Shown: in pieces, positions 49,682-59,482 of the stretch
Numbering within the stretch: position 1 is the first letter of the stretch
Layout: every line of letters begins with the position of its first letter
Source: Pseudomonadales bacterium
GTDB lineage: Bacteria > Pseudomonadota > Gammaproteobacteria > Pseudomonadales > UBA7434
Assembly (NCBI GenBank): GCA_965659815.1
Contig: CBFHXO010000001.1
Coordinates: 1 to 59,482 of the forward strand
DNA length: 59,482 nt
Reading direction: 5' to 3'
The notes under the pieces: model-generated
The model's database searches: none
What the model was told of the DNA's origin: nothing
What the model saw: the letters and a program-made list of their open reading frames with translations, nothing else
Program-made: the position numbers and the translations under genes

Positions 49682-49908
49682 TTGGTTTGTACTCACGTTT
49701 ATTTACGGGTGCAAAGATACTCCTAATTCTTTTTTAAATGAAGTGTTTTCGGTCGAATAAATAAAAAAAATTATTTTAATTGAAAAACACTAAAGCGTAA
49801 GCGGCGCGAGCGAGCATTGTCGCGCAAGACTTTATTGACAATAAATTAACAAGCACTGATGAAAGAACTGTAATTAAAAACGTGCTCAAAGCAACCACGG
49901 GCGTAGGG

Positions 49909-50814
<906 letters not shown>

Positions 50815-51076
50815 TTATTTAGCAATATACATGCTCAAGCGATATCAACCTGTTGAATACGCCGGGTTGAATGCGCTATTTTTAAGTGATAATAAAATTG
50901 GCTGGCCTCGATTATAACGCATGATGTCACTTGCCGCGCAGCGAATAAATGATCGGCATGAAAGCAAGCCATTACTATGAGTTAAGACCGGAGAAGTGCA
51001 ATCTCGCACGACAAAGTTAGCGATAAATTAAAGTGAAGGGCGATATGGTGTTGAATACCGTCACCCAATGGGCACG

Positions 51077-53614
51077 CTAAAAAGTACCCAGCTCAGGGTT
51101 AATAGCAACCAGCGCCTCGCGAAAACGCGACTGAATCTCACTCAATGCCGCTTCATCATCGGCCTCAAAGCGCAGGTTAAGGCTGGCCGATGTATTTGAC
51201 GCTCGCACCAGTCCCCAGCCGTGGGCGTAATCGACGCGCACACCATCGAGAATTGTCAGTTCGCCATCCTCATCAGCAATAGCCCCCTGTAGCAGGTCGA
51301 TAACCGCAAACTTCTCACTCTCGGCAACGGGGATGTGGATTTCAGGTGTAGAAATACTGATAGGCAGATCGGCAACCACATCATCGAGACTCACTCCTTC
51401 AAGTGTAAGTAACTCTATGAGTCGGGTACCGCTGTATAAACCATCATCAAAACCGTACCAGCGCTCTTTAAAAAAGAAATGCCCGGTCAACTCACCGCCC
51501 AGTAAGGCATCGGTTTCACGCATTTTCTGCTTAATGAGCGAGTGGCCACTTTTAGACATAACCGGCCTACCGCCGTGACCGGCAATCACCTGGTTCAGGT
51601 GGCGCGAACACTTAATATCGTAGACGATATCAGCACCCGGATTGCGGGTTAATACATCCCTAGCGAACAGCATTAATAAATGATCAGCGCTGATCACTGC
51701 ACCGCTGCTCGATACCGCCACTACGCGATCGGCATCACCATCAAAAGCCAGCCCCAGGTCGGCGTTATACTTTTTCACGTCATCAACCAGTGCAGCTAGG
51801 TTCAACTCGACACTGGGGTCCGGCGAATGATTGGGAAAGCTTCCATCAACCTCAGCAAATAGCGGAATCACATCGCAACCCAATGACGCGTATAACAGCG
51901 GCGCTATTTCACTGGCGGCACCATTGCCACAGTCGAGTACCACGGTAACCGCTGAAGCCACAACCACATCATCGGCAATACAATCTATGTAACTATCGGC
52001 AATATTCAACTTTGAAGCCAGGCCGCTACCTAGCTCAAAGTCGCCGCTATCAATCAGCTGGCCAATTGCAGTGATTTGCTGTTCGGCCAGCGCCTGGCCA
52101 TTAAGCACTACCTTAAAACCATTAATATTTGCATCATTATGGCTGCCAGTAACCATCACCCCGGCGTGCGTTTGCAAAGACTCGGTAGCAAAGTACAGCA
52201 TAGGCGTTGCAACCAGGCCTATATCGGTAATATCGCAACCGGTTTTCAGCAAACCTTCGACCAGCGCAGCATGGATTCTAGGCGACGACAGTCGACCATC
52301 GCGCCCCACCACCAGTTGTGACTGCCCATTGCGAATAGCCATGGTGCCAATAGCCATCGCGATTTGAGCCACAGCGTCGTCACTCAATTCGGTGTCAGCA
52401 TCGCCGCGAATATCATAGGCTCGAAAGATATGCGCAGGGACGTCACTGGCAGCGGCTGACTGCGCAGTAGGTAGCGCGGCAGCAACGGCCTGATCAAGCT
52501 CATGGCTTGTGACATCATCTTCGACCTCCATGCCTCCGGCAACCTGCGGGTTTGCCCATAGCGTGGTTTTCTGCTCAACCACATGGGTTGTTTCTTCTTT
52601 CGCCTGCCCATCGTTATTGGCGTTACGTAGTTCTGCGTTATCCAGCATCTTTTTAATTGACGCAAACTGCGGGTGGTAGAAACGGGCCACCGACTCATCG
52701 CTTGCCTCAATACTGGTTGTCAAAATTTTAAAATCTGCCTCCATGTGGTGATAAATGGCTTTAAACACCATCGAAACTGCCAACACAGCCAGCACCCCCG
52801 CCAGTAAAGTCACCGCCAGCAAAATCATTGCCGCAGAACCCAACGGGGTTTGCTGCTTAAACAGGTGATACTTCACCTTAATATATTCATTCGACTGCAG
52901 GCTGGCCTCACCCACCGCAGCACTGTCTGCCGCCGACGAGGTGACGCCCTGGTCAATATTGATCGCCGCCGCGGTGCCGATTTGATAAATTAATTCTGTC
53001 ACGCCAACCCGCCGGCCATCACCGCGCTGGTCATCGAGTTGCGCCGACAACCAACTGCTCTCGAGGGTTAACAGTATCGCGCCAATGCTGCGATCACCGG
53101 CATAAACCGGCCGCGCCAGGCTAAATACCCGCCTGCCGTCGAGCTGATAAGCATCGAGTAAAACGGATTCATTGTCGGCAGCGCGACGCAGAATGTCTTT
53201 TTCAATATTGTTGTTGAGCCTAGCCTTATAAGCACCCAAATTAGCCACACCCAGCTCGCCAAGTGGAAATAAAACCAGCCGGTTGAGGTGGGTAAACTCC
53301 AGCATAAACTCGTCTTCGAGCTTTTCCAGCACAGCACTGTCACCATCGCGCATAGCCAAACGCAAACGCGGCAAGCGCGCCAAGCCATCGAGATGCTGAC
53401 TAAGTTGTTGTAAATTGTTGTCAAGCATATCGGCGCGAACCTGGGCCAAATCGTTGGCACGCATATTCGCTGCCTGGTTGGCAGCCATGGGCAGGTAGAC
53501 AAGAAAAAATACCGCAACGACGAGCAACGCTGGCAAAAACGCCAGGAGCAGGCGAGGCCAGTGGTTTAGCAGCTTCGGTGGCTTTTGCGATTGTGGCAGC
53601 CTGAGCTCAGACAC
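51077..53614 (-). CDS. algC: phosphomannomutase/phosphoglucomutase AlgC with a roughly 390-aa membrane-anchored N-terminal extension
   Basis: Residues ~393-845 are collinear with P. aeruginosa AlgC (IFRAYDIRG, VTGSHNDANINGFK, FDGDADR, GGELTGHFFF). Residues 1-390 in the same ORF contain two hydrophobic TM-like segments (~21-43 and ~259-284). An internal Met at residue 362 is an alternative start. Confidence 0.85.
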   Translation of the reverse strand: MSELRLPQSQKPPKLLNHWPRLLLAFLPALLVVAVFFLVYLPMAANQAANMRANDLAQVRADMLDNNLQQLSQHLDGLARLPRLRLAMRDGDSAVLEKLEDEFMLEFTHLNRLVLFPLGELGVANLGAYKARLNNNIEKDILRRAADNESVLLDAYQLDGRRVFSLARPVYAGDRSIGAILLTLESSWLSAQLDDQRGDGRRVGVTELIYQIGTAAAINIDQGVTSSAADSAAVGEASLQSNEYIKVKYHLFKQQTPLGSAAMILLAVTLLAGVLAVLAVSMVFKAIYHHMEADFKILTTSIEASDESVARFYHPQFASIKKMLDNAELRNANNDGQAKEETTHVVEQKTTLWANPQVAGGMEVEDDVTSHELDQAVAAALPTAQSAAASDVPAHIFRAYDIRGDADTELSDDAVAQIAMAIGTMAIRNGQSQLVVGRDGRLSSPRIHAALVEGLLKTGCDITDIGLVATPMLYFATESLQTHAGVMVTGSHNDANINGFKVVLNGQALAEQQITAIGQLIDSGDFELGSGLASKLNIADSYIDCIADDVVVASAVTVVLDCGNGAASEIAPLLYASLGCDVIPLFAEVDGSFPNHSPDPSVELNLAALVDDVKKYNADLGLAFDGDADRVVAVSSSGAVISADHLLMLFARDVLTRNPGADIVYDIKCSRHLNQVIAGHGGRPVMSKSGHSLIKQKMRETDALLGGELTGHFFFKERWYGFDDGLYSGTRLIELLTLEGVSLDDVVADLPISISTPEIHIPVAESEKFAVIDLLQGAIADEDGELTILDGVRVDYAHGWGLVRASNTSASLNLRFEADDEAALSEIQSRFREALVAINPELGTF

Positions 53615-53711
53615 TAGCGAATCACTCCGCAGAAGATCATTAGTAAAGTGTGGGCCATTTGTTTATTAAAGCACAATACTGAAACTGCAAGGTGCTGATT
53701 CAATGGGAAAA

Positions 53712-54947
53712 TTAGGGTGTCAATCGCACCTCAACTAACTGCTCAGCAATTACACTAATCAATCGCCGCGCCAACTGTTGTTTATCACATTTTTCAATCA
53801 CTAAATCCCTTTGCTGACCAATGACTGTGACCTCATTCACATCCGAGCCAAAACCAATATCTTCGCGCGACACATCGTTGGCAATGATCATATCAATACC
53901 TTTGCGCTGCAGTTTGGCCCTGGCGTGGGCGACAACGTTGTCAGTTTCGGCGGCAAAACCCACACTGAACGGAGCGTTATCGCTGGCTGCCACCTTGGCA
54001 AGGATATCCGGATTTTTTACCAGCGCCAATGTCATGGTGTTTTCTTGATCAATTTTTTTAATCTTGCTGTCAATCACTTGCTGAGGGCGAAAATCGGCAA
54101 CCGCCGCCGATGCGATAAACACACTGGCGAAGGGTAACCGCTGCTCAACAGCGACCAGCATATCGCGTGCAGAGATAACATCGATGCGCTCAACACGCTC
54201 TGGTGTTGCCAACGCAACTGGGCCAGCAATCAACGTGACCTTAGCTCCCGCCTCAGCAGCGGCTTGAGCCAAGGCAAAACCCATTTTACCGGTAGAGTAA
54301 TTACTCAGATAACGCACCGGGTCCAGTGCTTCGCGGGTTGGCCCGGCGGTAATTAACACCTGCTGGCCGCTAAGCGACTGCAGTTCAAATAACTGTGCCG
54401 TGTGCTGGGCTATTTCAACCGCTTCACTCATACGCCCAGCACCGGTATCACCACAGGCCTGCGACCCGTCGGCTGGGCCAACAAACTGGTAACCACGTGC
54501 CTGTAACAGTTGCACATTGGCCTGGGTTGCCGCATCGCGCCACATCGCCTGGTTCATTGCCGGGGCCACCAGTACCGGCGCATCACTGGCGCGCAGCAAG
54601 GTTGTTAATAAATCATCGGCTCGACCTTGGGCAAAACGGGCCAGTGCATCGGACGTTGCCGGCGCAACCACAATGGCATCAGCCCAACGTGCCAGCTCAA
54701 TATGACCCATAGCTGCTTCTGCGTCGGCATCGAGCAAATCGGTATGTACGCGATTACCCGAAACCGCCTGCAAAGTCAGCGGAGTAATAAATTCGCTCGC
54801 ACCTCGCGTCATAACCACTTTTACATCGGCACCTGCCTCGGCCAGCCGACGCACCAGGTCGGGACTCTTATAAGCCGCAATACCACCCGTGATCCCCACG
54901 AGAATACGTTTGTTTTGCAGTGACTGGATAGCTTCAACCGTTTGCAT
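53712..54947 (-). CDS. coaBC: bifunctional phosphopantothenoylcysteine decarboxylase / synthetase
   Basis: KRILVGITGGIAAYK. 411 aa from M62 of the ORF. The upstream 61 codons overlap the radC promoter region and look spurious. Confidence 0.92.
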   Translation of the reverse strand: MQTVEAIQSLQNKRILVGITGGIAAYKSPDLVRRLAEAGADVKVVMTRGASEFITPLTLQAVSGNRVHTDLLDADAEAAMGHIELARWADAIVVAPATSDALARFAQGRADDLLTTLLRASDAPVLVAPAMNQAMWRDAATQANVQLLQARGYQFVGPADGSQACGDTGAGRMSEAVEIAQHTAQLFELQSLSGQQVLITAGPTREALDPVRYLSNYSTGKMGFALAQAAAEAGAKVTLIAGPVALATPERVERIDVISARDMLVAVEQRLPFASVFIASAAVADFRPQQVIDSKIKKIDQENTMTLALVKNPDILAKVAASDNAPFSVGFAAETDNVVAHARAKLQRKGIDMIIANDVSREDIGFGSDVNEVTVIGQQRDLVIEKCDKQQLARRLISVIAEQLVEVRLTP

Positions 54948-55156
54948 AGCGTTTAGATTTAACCGTTTTAAAATAAGCTGTTTTCGAATGACTGGGCAAA
55001 AGGCTTGTTGCATTACACCCTTAGTTGTATAAATAGCACACAAGCCACCGCCACGGATGGGCAACCTTACCGCAGCAAGCGCTTGAATGCGAGTATCAAG
55101 CCCACTGATACCCGCCCCCACTGCAATCACTGCAAGGATTAATCAAGGAGGATGAT

Positions 55157-55831
55157 ATGGCGATTTCCAACTGGCCCGAGCAAGAAAGACCTCGTGAAAA
55201 ACTATTGGCTAAGGGCGCAGCAGCGCTTTCAGATGCCGAACTGTTAGCGGTATTCTTGCGCATTGGCATTAAAGGCAAATCGGCCGTTGGCCTGGGCCGC
55301 GAACTGCTGGAGCACTTTGGCAACATCAGTAATTTAATCGACGCAAGCCGCAGCGATTTTGCCGCAATACCCGGCATGGGCGACGCCAAATACGCCTCGC
55401 TGCAAGCGGTATTTGAGCTCTCTCGTCGCGCTATTTTAGAGCCGATTAAACGCAACAATGCGCTTACCAGCCCTGAGCTAACCTGCAACTATCTGGTGAG
55501 CCAATTATCACACCAGCAACGCGAGTTGTTCTGGTGCCTGTTTCTCGACAACCAGCATCGGGTGATTGCTAGCGAAGCCCTGGCCTACGGCACCATTGAC
55601 CAGGCCAATATCTACCCGCGAGAAGTATTAAAAGCCTGTATCGCCCACAATGCGGCCGCAGTTATTTTTGCGCATAACCACCCATCAGGTCTCGCGCGTG
55701 TGAGCGATGCAGACAAGGCTATTACCCGCAGACTGCGGGACGCGCTTGCGCTGGTAGAGATCCGAACCCTCGATCATATTGTCGTAGCCGGCAAGCAAAC
55801 CGTTTCGATGGCCGAGCTGGGCTTGTTATAA
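55157..55831 (+). CDS. radC: RadC-family JAB-domain protein
   Basis: ERPREKLL..GAAALSDAELLAVFLR and the HNHPSG JAMM motif. Confidence 0.9.
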   Translation: MAISNWPEQERPREKLLAKGAAALSDAELLAVFLRIGIKGKSAVGLGRELLEHFGNISNLIDASRSDFAAIPGMGDAKYASLQAVFELSRRAILEPIKRNNALTSPELTCNYLVSQLSHQQRELFWCLFLDNQHRVIASEALAYGTIDQANIYPREVLKACIAHNAAAVIFAHNHPSGLARVSDADKAITRRLRDALALVEIRTLDHIVVAGKQTVSMAELGLL

Positions 55832-56038
55832 GGCTGGATATCACCCCACTACCGAGAATTGACCTTGTTTTGAACGCTTCGTTCTGATATAAAGTCGCGC
55901 TCTTTTTGGCGGGCACCCACAGGCGGCGGCTTGCTAGTAGTAATCATTAACACTTAATTCACTGTTAGTGGTGTATCTAGTTGATTATTAACGATTAACA
56001 GCATATACGGCTAGCGGTATACAGGTTGGAGAAATAAC

Positions 56039-56275
56039 ATGTCCAAGGTTTGTCAGGTAACCGGCAAGCGTCCCATTACGGGCAATAACGTATCGCATGC
56101 GAAAAATCGTACCAAGCGTCGGTTTTTACCCAACTTGCATCGTCATCGCTTTTGGCTCGAAAGCGAAAAGCGCTTTGTCAGTTTGCGCGTATCATCAAAA
56201 GGCATGCGCATTATCGACAAAAAAGGCATTGCCGCTATTGTTGAAGAACTGCGCCAACGCGGCGAAACGGTATAA
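56039..56275 (+). CDS. rpmB: 50S ribosomal protein L28
   Basis: [33 protein letters not shown]. Confidence 0.96.
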   Translation: MSKVCQVTGKRPITGNNVSHAKNRTKRRFLPNLHRHRFWLESEKRFVSLRVSSKGMRIIDKKGIAAIVEELRQRGETV

Positions 56276-56302
56276 CGTTAAACAAGTTACGAGAAAAAAG
56301 TT

Positions 56303-56458
56303 ATGAGAGAAAAAATTCGATTAAACTCATCAGCCGGCACGGGTCACTTTTATACCACTGACAAAAACAAGCGCACCATGCCAGAAAAAATGGAAGTAAA
56401 AAAATACGACCCCGTGGTACGTAAACACGTGATGTATAAAGAAGGCAAAATCAAGTAA
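56303..56458 (+). CDS. rpmG: 50S ribosomal protein L33
   Basis: Not in the ORF track (51 aa). Hand translation [51 protein letters not shown] matches L33. Confidence 0.93.
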   Translation: MREKIRLNSSAGTGHFYTTDKNKRTMPEKMEVKKYDPVVRKHVMYKEGKIK

Positions 56459-56478
56459 TACAGTGTTTACCGTATTAC

Positions 56479-56508
56479 AAAAACCCGCTATCCGGCGGGT
56501 TTTTTATT
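56479..56508 (+). terminator. rho-independent terminator after rpmB-rpmG
   Basis: AAAAACCCGC-tatccg-GCGGGTTTTTT: a 6-bp GC stem (extendable by A:T pairs) followed by a T-run, 20 nt after the rpmG stop. Confidence 0.8.
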
Positions 56509-56601
56509 GCCAGGAAAAAACGATACACTGACAACGCACACTGGCAAGCCATGTGCCGTGCTAAATCACTGACTGCCGCGCAAACGATTCAGGTCCACCC
56601 C

Positions 56602-57417
56602 ATGCCAGAACTTCCCGAGGTTGAAACCACCAAACGCGGTATAGCTTCGCATGTGACGGGCAAAATAATCAAACAAGTCATCATCCGTGAATCGCGCATG
56701 CGCTGGCCGATTCCAAACGACTTGCCGCAGCTGTTGCAAAAACACACGCTACGCAGCGTTAGCCGACGGGCCAAATACCTGCTGTTTGAATTGGACCACG
56801 GCTTTTTTATGCTGCACCTGGGCATGTCGGGCAGTCTTCGGATTGTCGATAGCCAAACACCGCTACAAAAGCACGACCACGTCGACTTTTGCTTTAATCA
56901 AAAAACCATCTTACGCTTTAACGACCCGCGCCGCTTTGGTTCAGTGCTATGGCTTGGCAAAACGCCCTTTGAACATGCCTTGCTATCGGCACTGGGGCCA
57001 GAGCCATTTGATGAGCACTTTACGGGTGACTACCTTTTCAAACAGTCACGCAAAAAAAAGCTGGCGGCTAAAAGTTTTATTATGGATAACCATACCGTCG
57101 TAGGTGTTGGTAATATCTATGCTAACGAGGCGCTATTTATGAGTGGCGTAAGGCCCGGCAGAGCAGCGGGGCGATTAAGCAAAGCACAATGTGACAAACT
57201 GGCTGCCGCGATTGTTAAGGTATTGGGTGCATCGATCGAAATGGGCGGTACAACACTGAGGGATTTTGTTGGCGGCGATGGCAGGCCTGGTTATTTTCAA
57301 CAGACTTTGCGAGTTTACGATCGCGCGGGCGAAGCATGTCGACAATGCGGCTCCAGCATAAAACTGACACGAATGGGACAACGCAGTACCTACTATTGCC
57401 CCCAGTGCCAACACTAG
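56602..57417 (+). CDS. mutM: formamidopyrimidine-DNA glycosylase
   Basis: MPELPEVETTKRG N-terminus and C-terminal zinc finger CRQCGSSI...YYCPQCQ. The ORF-track start at 56551 is spurious. Confidence 0.94.
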   Translation: MPELPEVETTKRGIASHVTGKIIKQVIIRESRMRWPIPNDLPQLLQKHTLRSVSRRAKYLLFELDHGFFMLHLGMSGSLRIVDSQTPLQKHDHVDFCFNQKTILRFNDPRRFGSVLWLGKTPFEHALLSALGPEPFDEHFTGDYLFKQSRKKKLAAKSFIMDNHTVVGVGNIYANEALFMSGVRPGRAAGRLSKAQCDKLAAAIVKVLGASIEMGGTTLRDFVGGDGRPGYFQQTLRVYDRAGEACRQCGSSIKLTRMGQRSTYYCPQCQH

Positions 57418-57425
57418 TACTCATG

Positions 57426-59303
57426 CTATCGACCTTGCGCAGTACCTTCACGCCGTGGGTCAGCAACCCCTAACCAGCCATCATCTTGCAACATAATTGC
57501 ATGCAGCCCACTGGTTTGTGGTTTTTTCACGGGCTGGTGGCCATAAGCTTGCAGCGCCTGAACAAACGACTCATCGATAGTACTCTCCACTTCGAGGCGG
57601 CTACCCATATGAAACACATGTGGACTTGCAATGGCATCCATCAACGGCCGATCAAAAGCCAGCACTTCGAATAAAGTACGTGCAACATAGCCAATTATTT
57701 TTTTACCCCCTGGCGAACCAATAATTAGCACGGGTTTATCGTTGCGATCAAATACGATCATTGGCGACATGGAGCTGCGCGGCCGCTTACCACCTTCAAC
57801 CCGATTGGCAATTAACGCTTGGTTCGCATCACGCGGTGCAAACGAAAAATCGGTTAACTGATTATTTAAAATAAAACCGCCAGTCATTAAGCGTGAACCA
57901 AATGCCGTTTCAATACTGCTGGTCATACTCACGGCGTTACCATAGCGGTCAACAATACTGAGATGCGTTGTTGACATTAATTCGGGGCTGGATTGAATTG
58001 TGTAACTGGTATGAAGCCCTGCAGGTTTACCTGGCGCCACATCGGTCATGACTTTATCAGCAGTAATTAATTTTGCACGGCTACGCATGTAGTTATCGTC
58101 CAGCAGACCATCAATAGGCACATCAACAAAATCAGGGTCGGCAATATAAGTATTGCGATCGGCAAAGGCCAATCGCGATGCTTCAATATAGTAGTGCGCT
58201 GTGGCGATATCCCTCTGCAAGCTGTCAAAGTCGGCGCTGTTAAAGTTTAACGCATGGCTTTTTTCAAGCTGCGCCAGTATGCCGAGAATGGCCAGCGTAG
58301 TACTGCCGCCTGATGATGGCGGCCCCATGCCGCATACCCGATAATCAAATAAGTTTTTGCAAACAGCAGCGCGTTGCACCACCTGATACTGGTCAAAATC
58401 GCGCTGTGATAACTGGCCAGGGTTTTGATCATTATTGCTGGTGGCTATCATCGCGGTTGCCAGTGCGCCCTGGTAAAACACTGCGCTGCCCTGGCTTGCC
58501 AGTTGTTTTAACGTGTCAGCGTATTCAGGGTTTTTTAGGCGATACCCCACCGGCAATGGATCACCGTTGGCAGCAAATAAATAATCGGCAATTGCATCTC
58601 GTTCGCTGACCTTGGGCACCAGCCTTAGCAAGATATTTAATCTGGGCGATACTTCAAAACCGTTTTCAGCCAGTGCAATAGCATCGTCAAATAACGATGA
58701 CCACTGCGCGCGGCCGTGGAGCTGGTGCGCACCTCCTAACAGTTTAACTATGCCGGGAACACCAACACTTTTACCGCCAATAACTGCGGTAAAAAACCGG
58801 TCGGGCGTTTGGCTGCTGGGGTCAAAAAATAAATTCTGATCGGCGGCCAATGGCGCGGTTTCGCGGCCATCAAAGGTCTGCAAGGTCTTACGACTGGCAT
58901 CCCAATACAACATAAAACCGCCACCGCCCAAACCCGATGACTGTGGCTCAACCAGACCAAGCACCGCCTGCGCGGCCACGGTAGCATCAACTGCGGTGCC
59001 GCCGTTATCCAATACGGCGTAAGCCGCAGCCGTGGCATAAGGATTGGCGGTCACCGCCATAAAGTCCTGACCGCGGGCTATTTTATTATTGTTGGCGTCG
59101 TTGAGTTTAACAATACCACTGCCTGGCTCAGGCGCTAAGTCCTTGCCTTGCAACCCGGTGAGCTGCTGAGTATTTTCAACTGCGCTGCTATCAATTTTAT
59201 TATCAATATCGGCGCAACCGTTTAATGCAAACCCGCTTAACACAATCACGATAGGGGTAACAACACCAAACACTAATGCGCGAATACTTTGCCGCAAAAT
59301 CAT
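57426..59303 (-). CDS. ggt: gamma-glutamyltransferase, predicted lipoprotein
   Basis: Autoprocessing site STTHLSIVD, GGGGFMLY and PGGKKII. N-terminal ALNGC lipobox. Confidence 0.9.
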   Translation of the reverse strand: MILRQSIRALVFGVVTPIVIVLSGFALNGCADIDNKIDSSAVENTQQLTGLQGKDLAPEPGSGIVKLNDANNNKIARGQDFMAVTANPYATAAAYAVLDNGGTAVDATVAAQAVLGLVEPQSSGLGGGGFMLYWDASRKTLQTFDGRETAPLAADQNLFFDPSSQTPDRFFTAVIGGKSVGVPGIVKLLGGAHQLHGRAQWSSLFDDAIALAENGFEVSPRLNILLRLVPKVSERDAIADYLFAANGDPLPVGYRLKNPEYADTLKQLASQGSAVFYQGALATAMIATSNNDQNPGQLSQRDFDQYQVVQRAAVCKNLFDYRVCGMGPPSSGGSTTLAILGILAQLEKSHALNFNSADFDSLQRDIATAHYYIEASRLAFADRNTYIADPDFVDVPIDGLLDDNYMRSRAKLITADKVMTDVAPGKPAGLHTSYTIQSSPELMSTTHLSIVDRYGNAVSMTSSIETAFGSRLMTGGFILNNQLTDFSFAPRDANQALIANRVEGGKRPRSSMSPMIVFDRNDKPVLIIGSPGGKKIIGYVARTLFEVLAFDRPLMDAIASPHVFHMGSRLEVESTIDESFVQALQAYGHQPVKKPQTSGLHAIMLQDDGWLGVADPRREGTAQGR

Positions 59304-59349
59304 TAGGGTTCCTTGTAAACTAACGAGATGATACCAGCCAAGCTACAAG

Positions 59350-59482
59350 CTACTGCTGTTTAATTTTTTGTTGAATCGCGGTTAACACTGGCGCGGGTAC
59401 AAACTTGGAGACATCACCGTGCAAGGATGCAATTTCACGTACCAGCGTTGAAGAAATATAAGTGAGATTGTCAGCAGGGGTA
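59350..59482 (-). CDS. coaD: phosphopantetheine adenylyltransferase, C-terminal fragment (runs off the window)
   Basis: Hand translation ...TPADNLTYISSTLVREIASLHGDVSKFVPAPVLTAIQQKIKQQ* matches the CoaD C-terminus (ISS-LVRE-A--GGDVS-FVP). Confidence 0.8.
   Translation of the reverse strand, partial: TPADNLTYISSTLVREIASLHGDVSKFVPAPVLTAIQQKIKQQ

Noticed and set aside
49685-49696. SlmA-binding-site-like sequence GTTTGTACTCAC (10 of 12 to GTGAGTACTCAC) upstream of slmA
   Set aside because: About two such 10-of-12 matches are expected by chance in this window, and one half-site is disrupted.
49710-49726. RpoN-type -24/-12 candidates on the minus strand of the argB-slmA island (TTAGGAGTATCTTTGCA; also TGGTTGCTTTGAGCA just after the argB stop)
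   Set aside because: Both have 9 nt instead of the strict 10 nt between GG and GC, and the first has AGG rather than TGG.
54948-55130. N-terminal extensions offered by the ORF track (coaBC 61 codons, dtd 21, gshB 14, mutM 17, gmk 16, yicC 27, pilI 12, pilH 4)
   Set aside because: The extensions precede the conserved family N-termini, often overlap neighbouring genes or promoters, and the internal ATGs have better SD sequences.
59350-59482. Apparent +1 frameshift in an A-run near the 3' end of the partial coaD gene
   Set aside because: This was my own transcription error. On re-reading the sequence, gggtacaaacttgg contains three A residues, and the frame runs uninterrupted to TAG at 59350-59352 with a consensus CoaD tail.

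Overview
This 59.5-kb window is a stretch of gammaproteobacterial chromosome, almost entirely core or housekeeping genes. Gene order resembles Pseudomonas and E. coli. In order it contains: typA-dtd; two small interrupted genes; a PhoA-type phosphatase plus PIN-PhoH; a PPOX-like gene; parC-serB; a fimX-like gene plus a 588-aa PilZ-like gene; epmB / efp-epmA; a LysR regulator / fpr; a 6-gene block of unknown metabolic function; trmH; chpC-chpA-pilJ-pilI-pilH-pilG (the type IV pilus chemosensory system); gshB and a TonB-like gene; a CPXCG protein; a YheT-like hydrolase; ridA-spoT-rpoZ-gmk; a decayed GAF gene relic; yicC / rph; crc / pyrE; a DUF4124 protein; slmA; argB-algC-coaBC / radC-rpmB-rpmG-mutM; ggt; and a partial coaD. 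I recognised no rRNA, tRNA, CRISPR array, IS element, integrase or phage genes. I do not see a convincing new multi-gene system. The points most worth a second look are listed here. (1) An 819-bp AT-rich non-coding island with low-complexity repeats lies between argB and slmA, near crc. (2) A 4 x 24-bp tandem repeat starts at the stop codon of the DUF4124 gene. (3) AlgC carries a roughly 390-aa membrane-anchored, sensor-like N-terminal extension. (4) dut is absent from its usual coaBC-adjacent slot. (5) The Pil-Chp cluster lacks pilK and chpB. (6) Three gene relics are invisible in the ORF track: a DUF3565-like gene with TAA at codon 3, a DUF202 gene with an in-frame TGA, and a GAF N-terminus with multiple stops. 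(7) A degenerate FimX sits next to an uncharacterised PilZ-like protein, with a 9-bp x4 repeat in the fimX upstream region. All family assignments come from motif recognition by eye; no searches were run.
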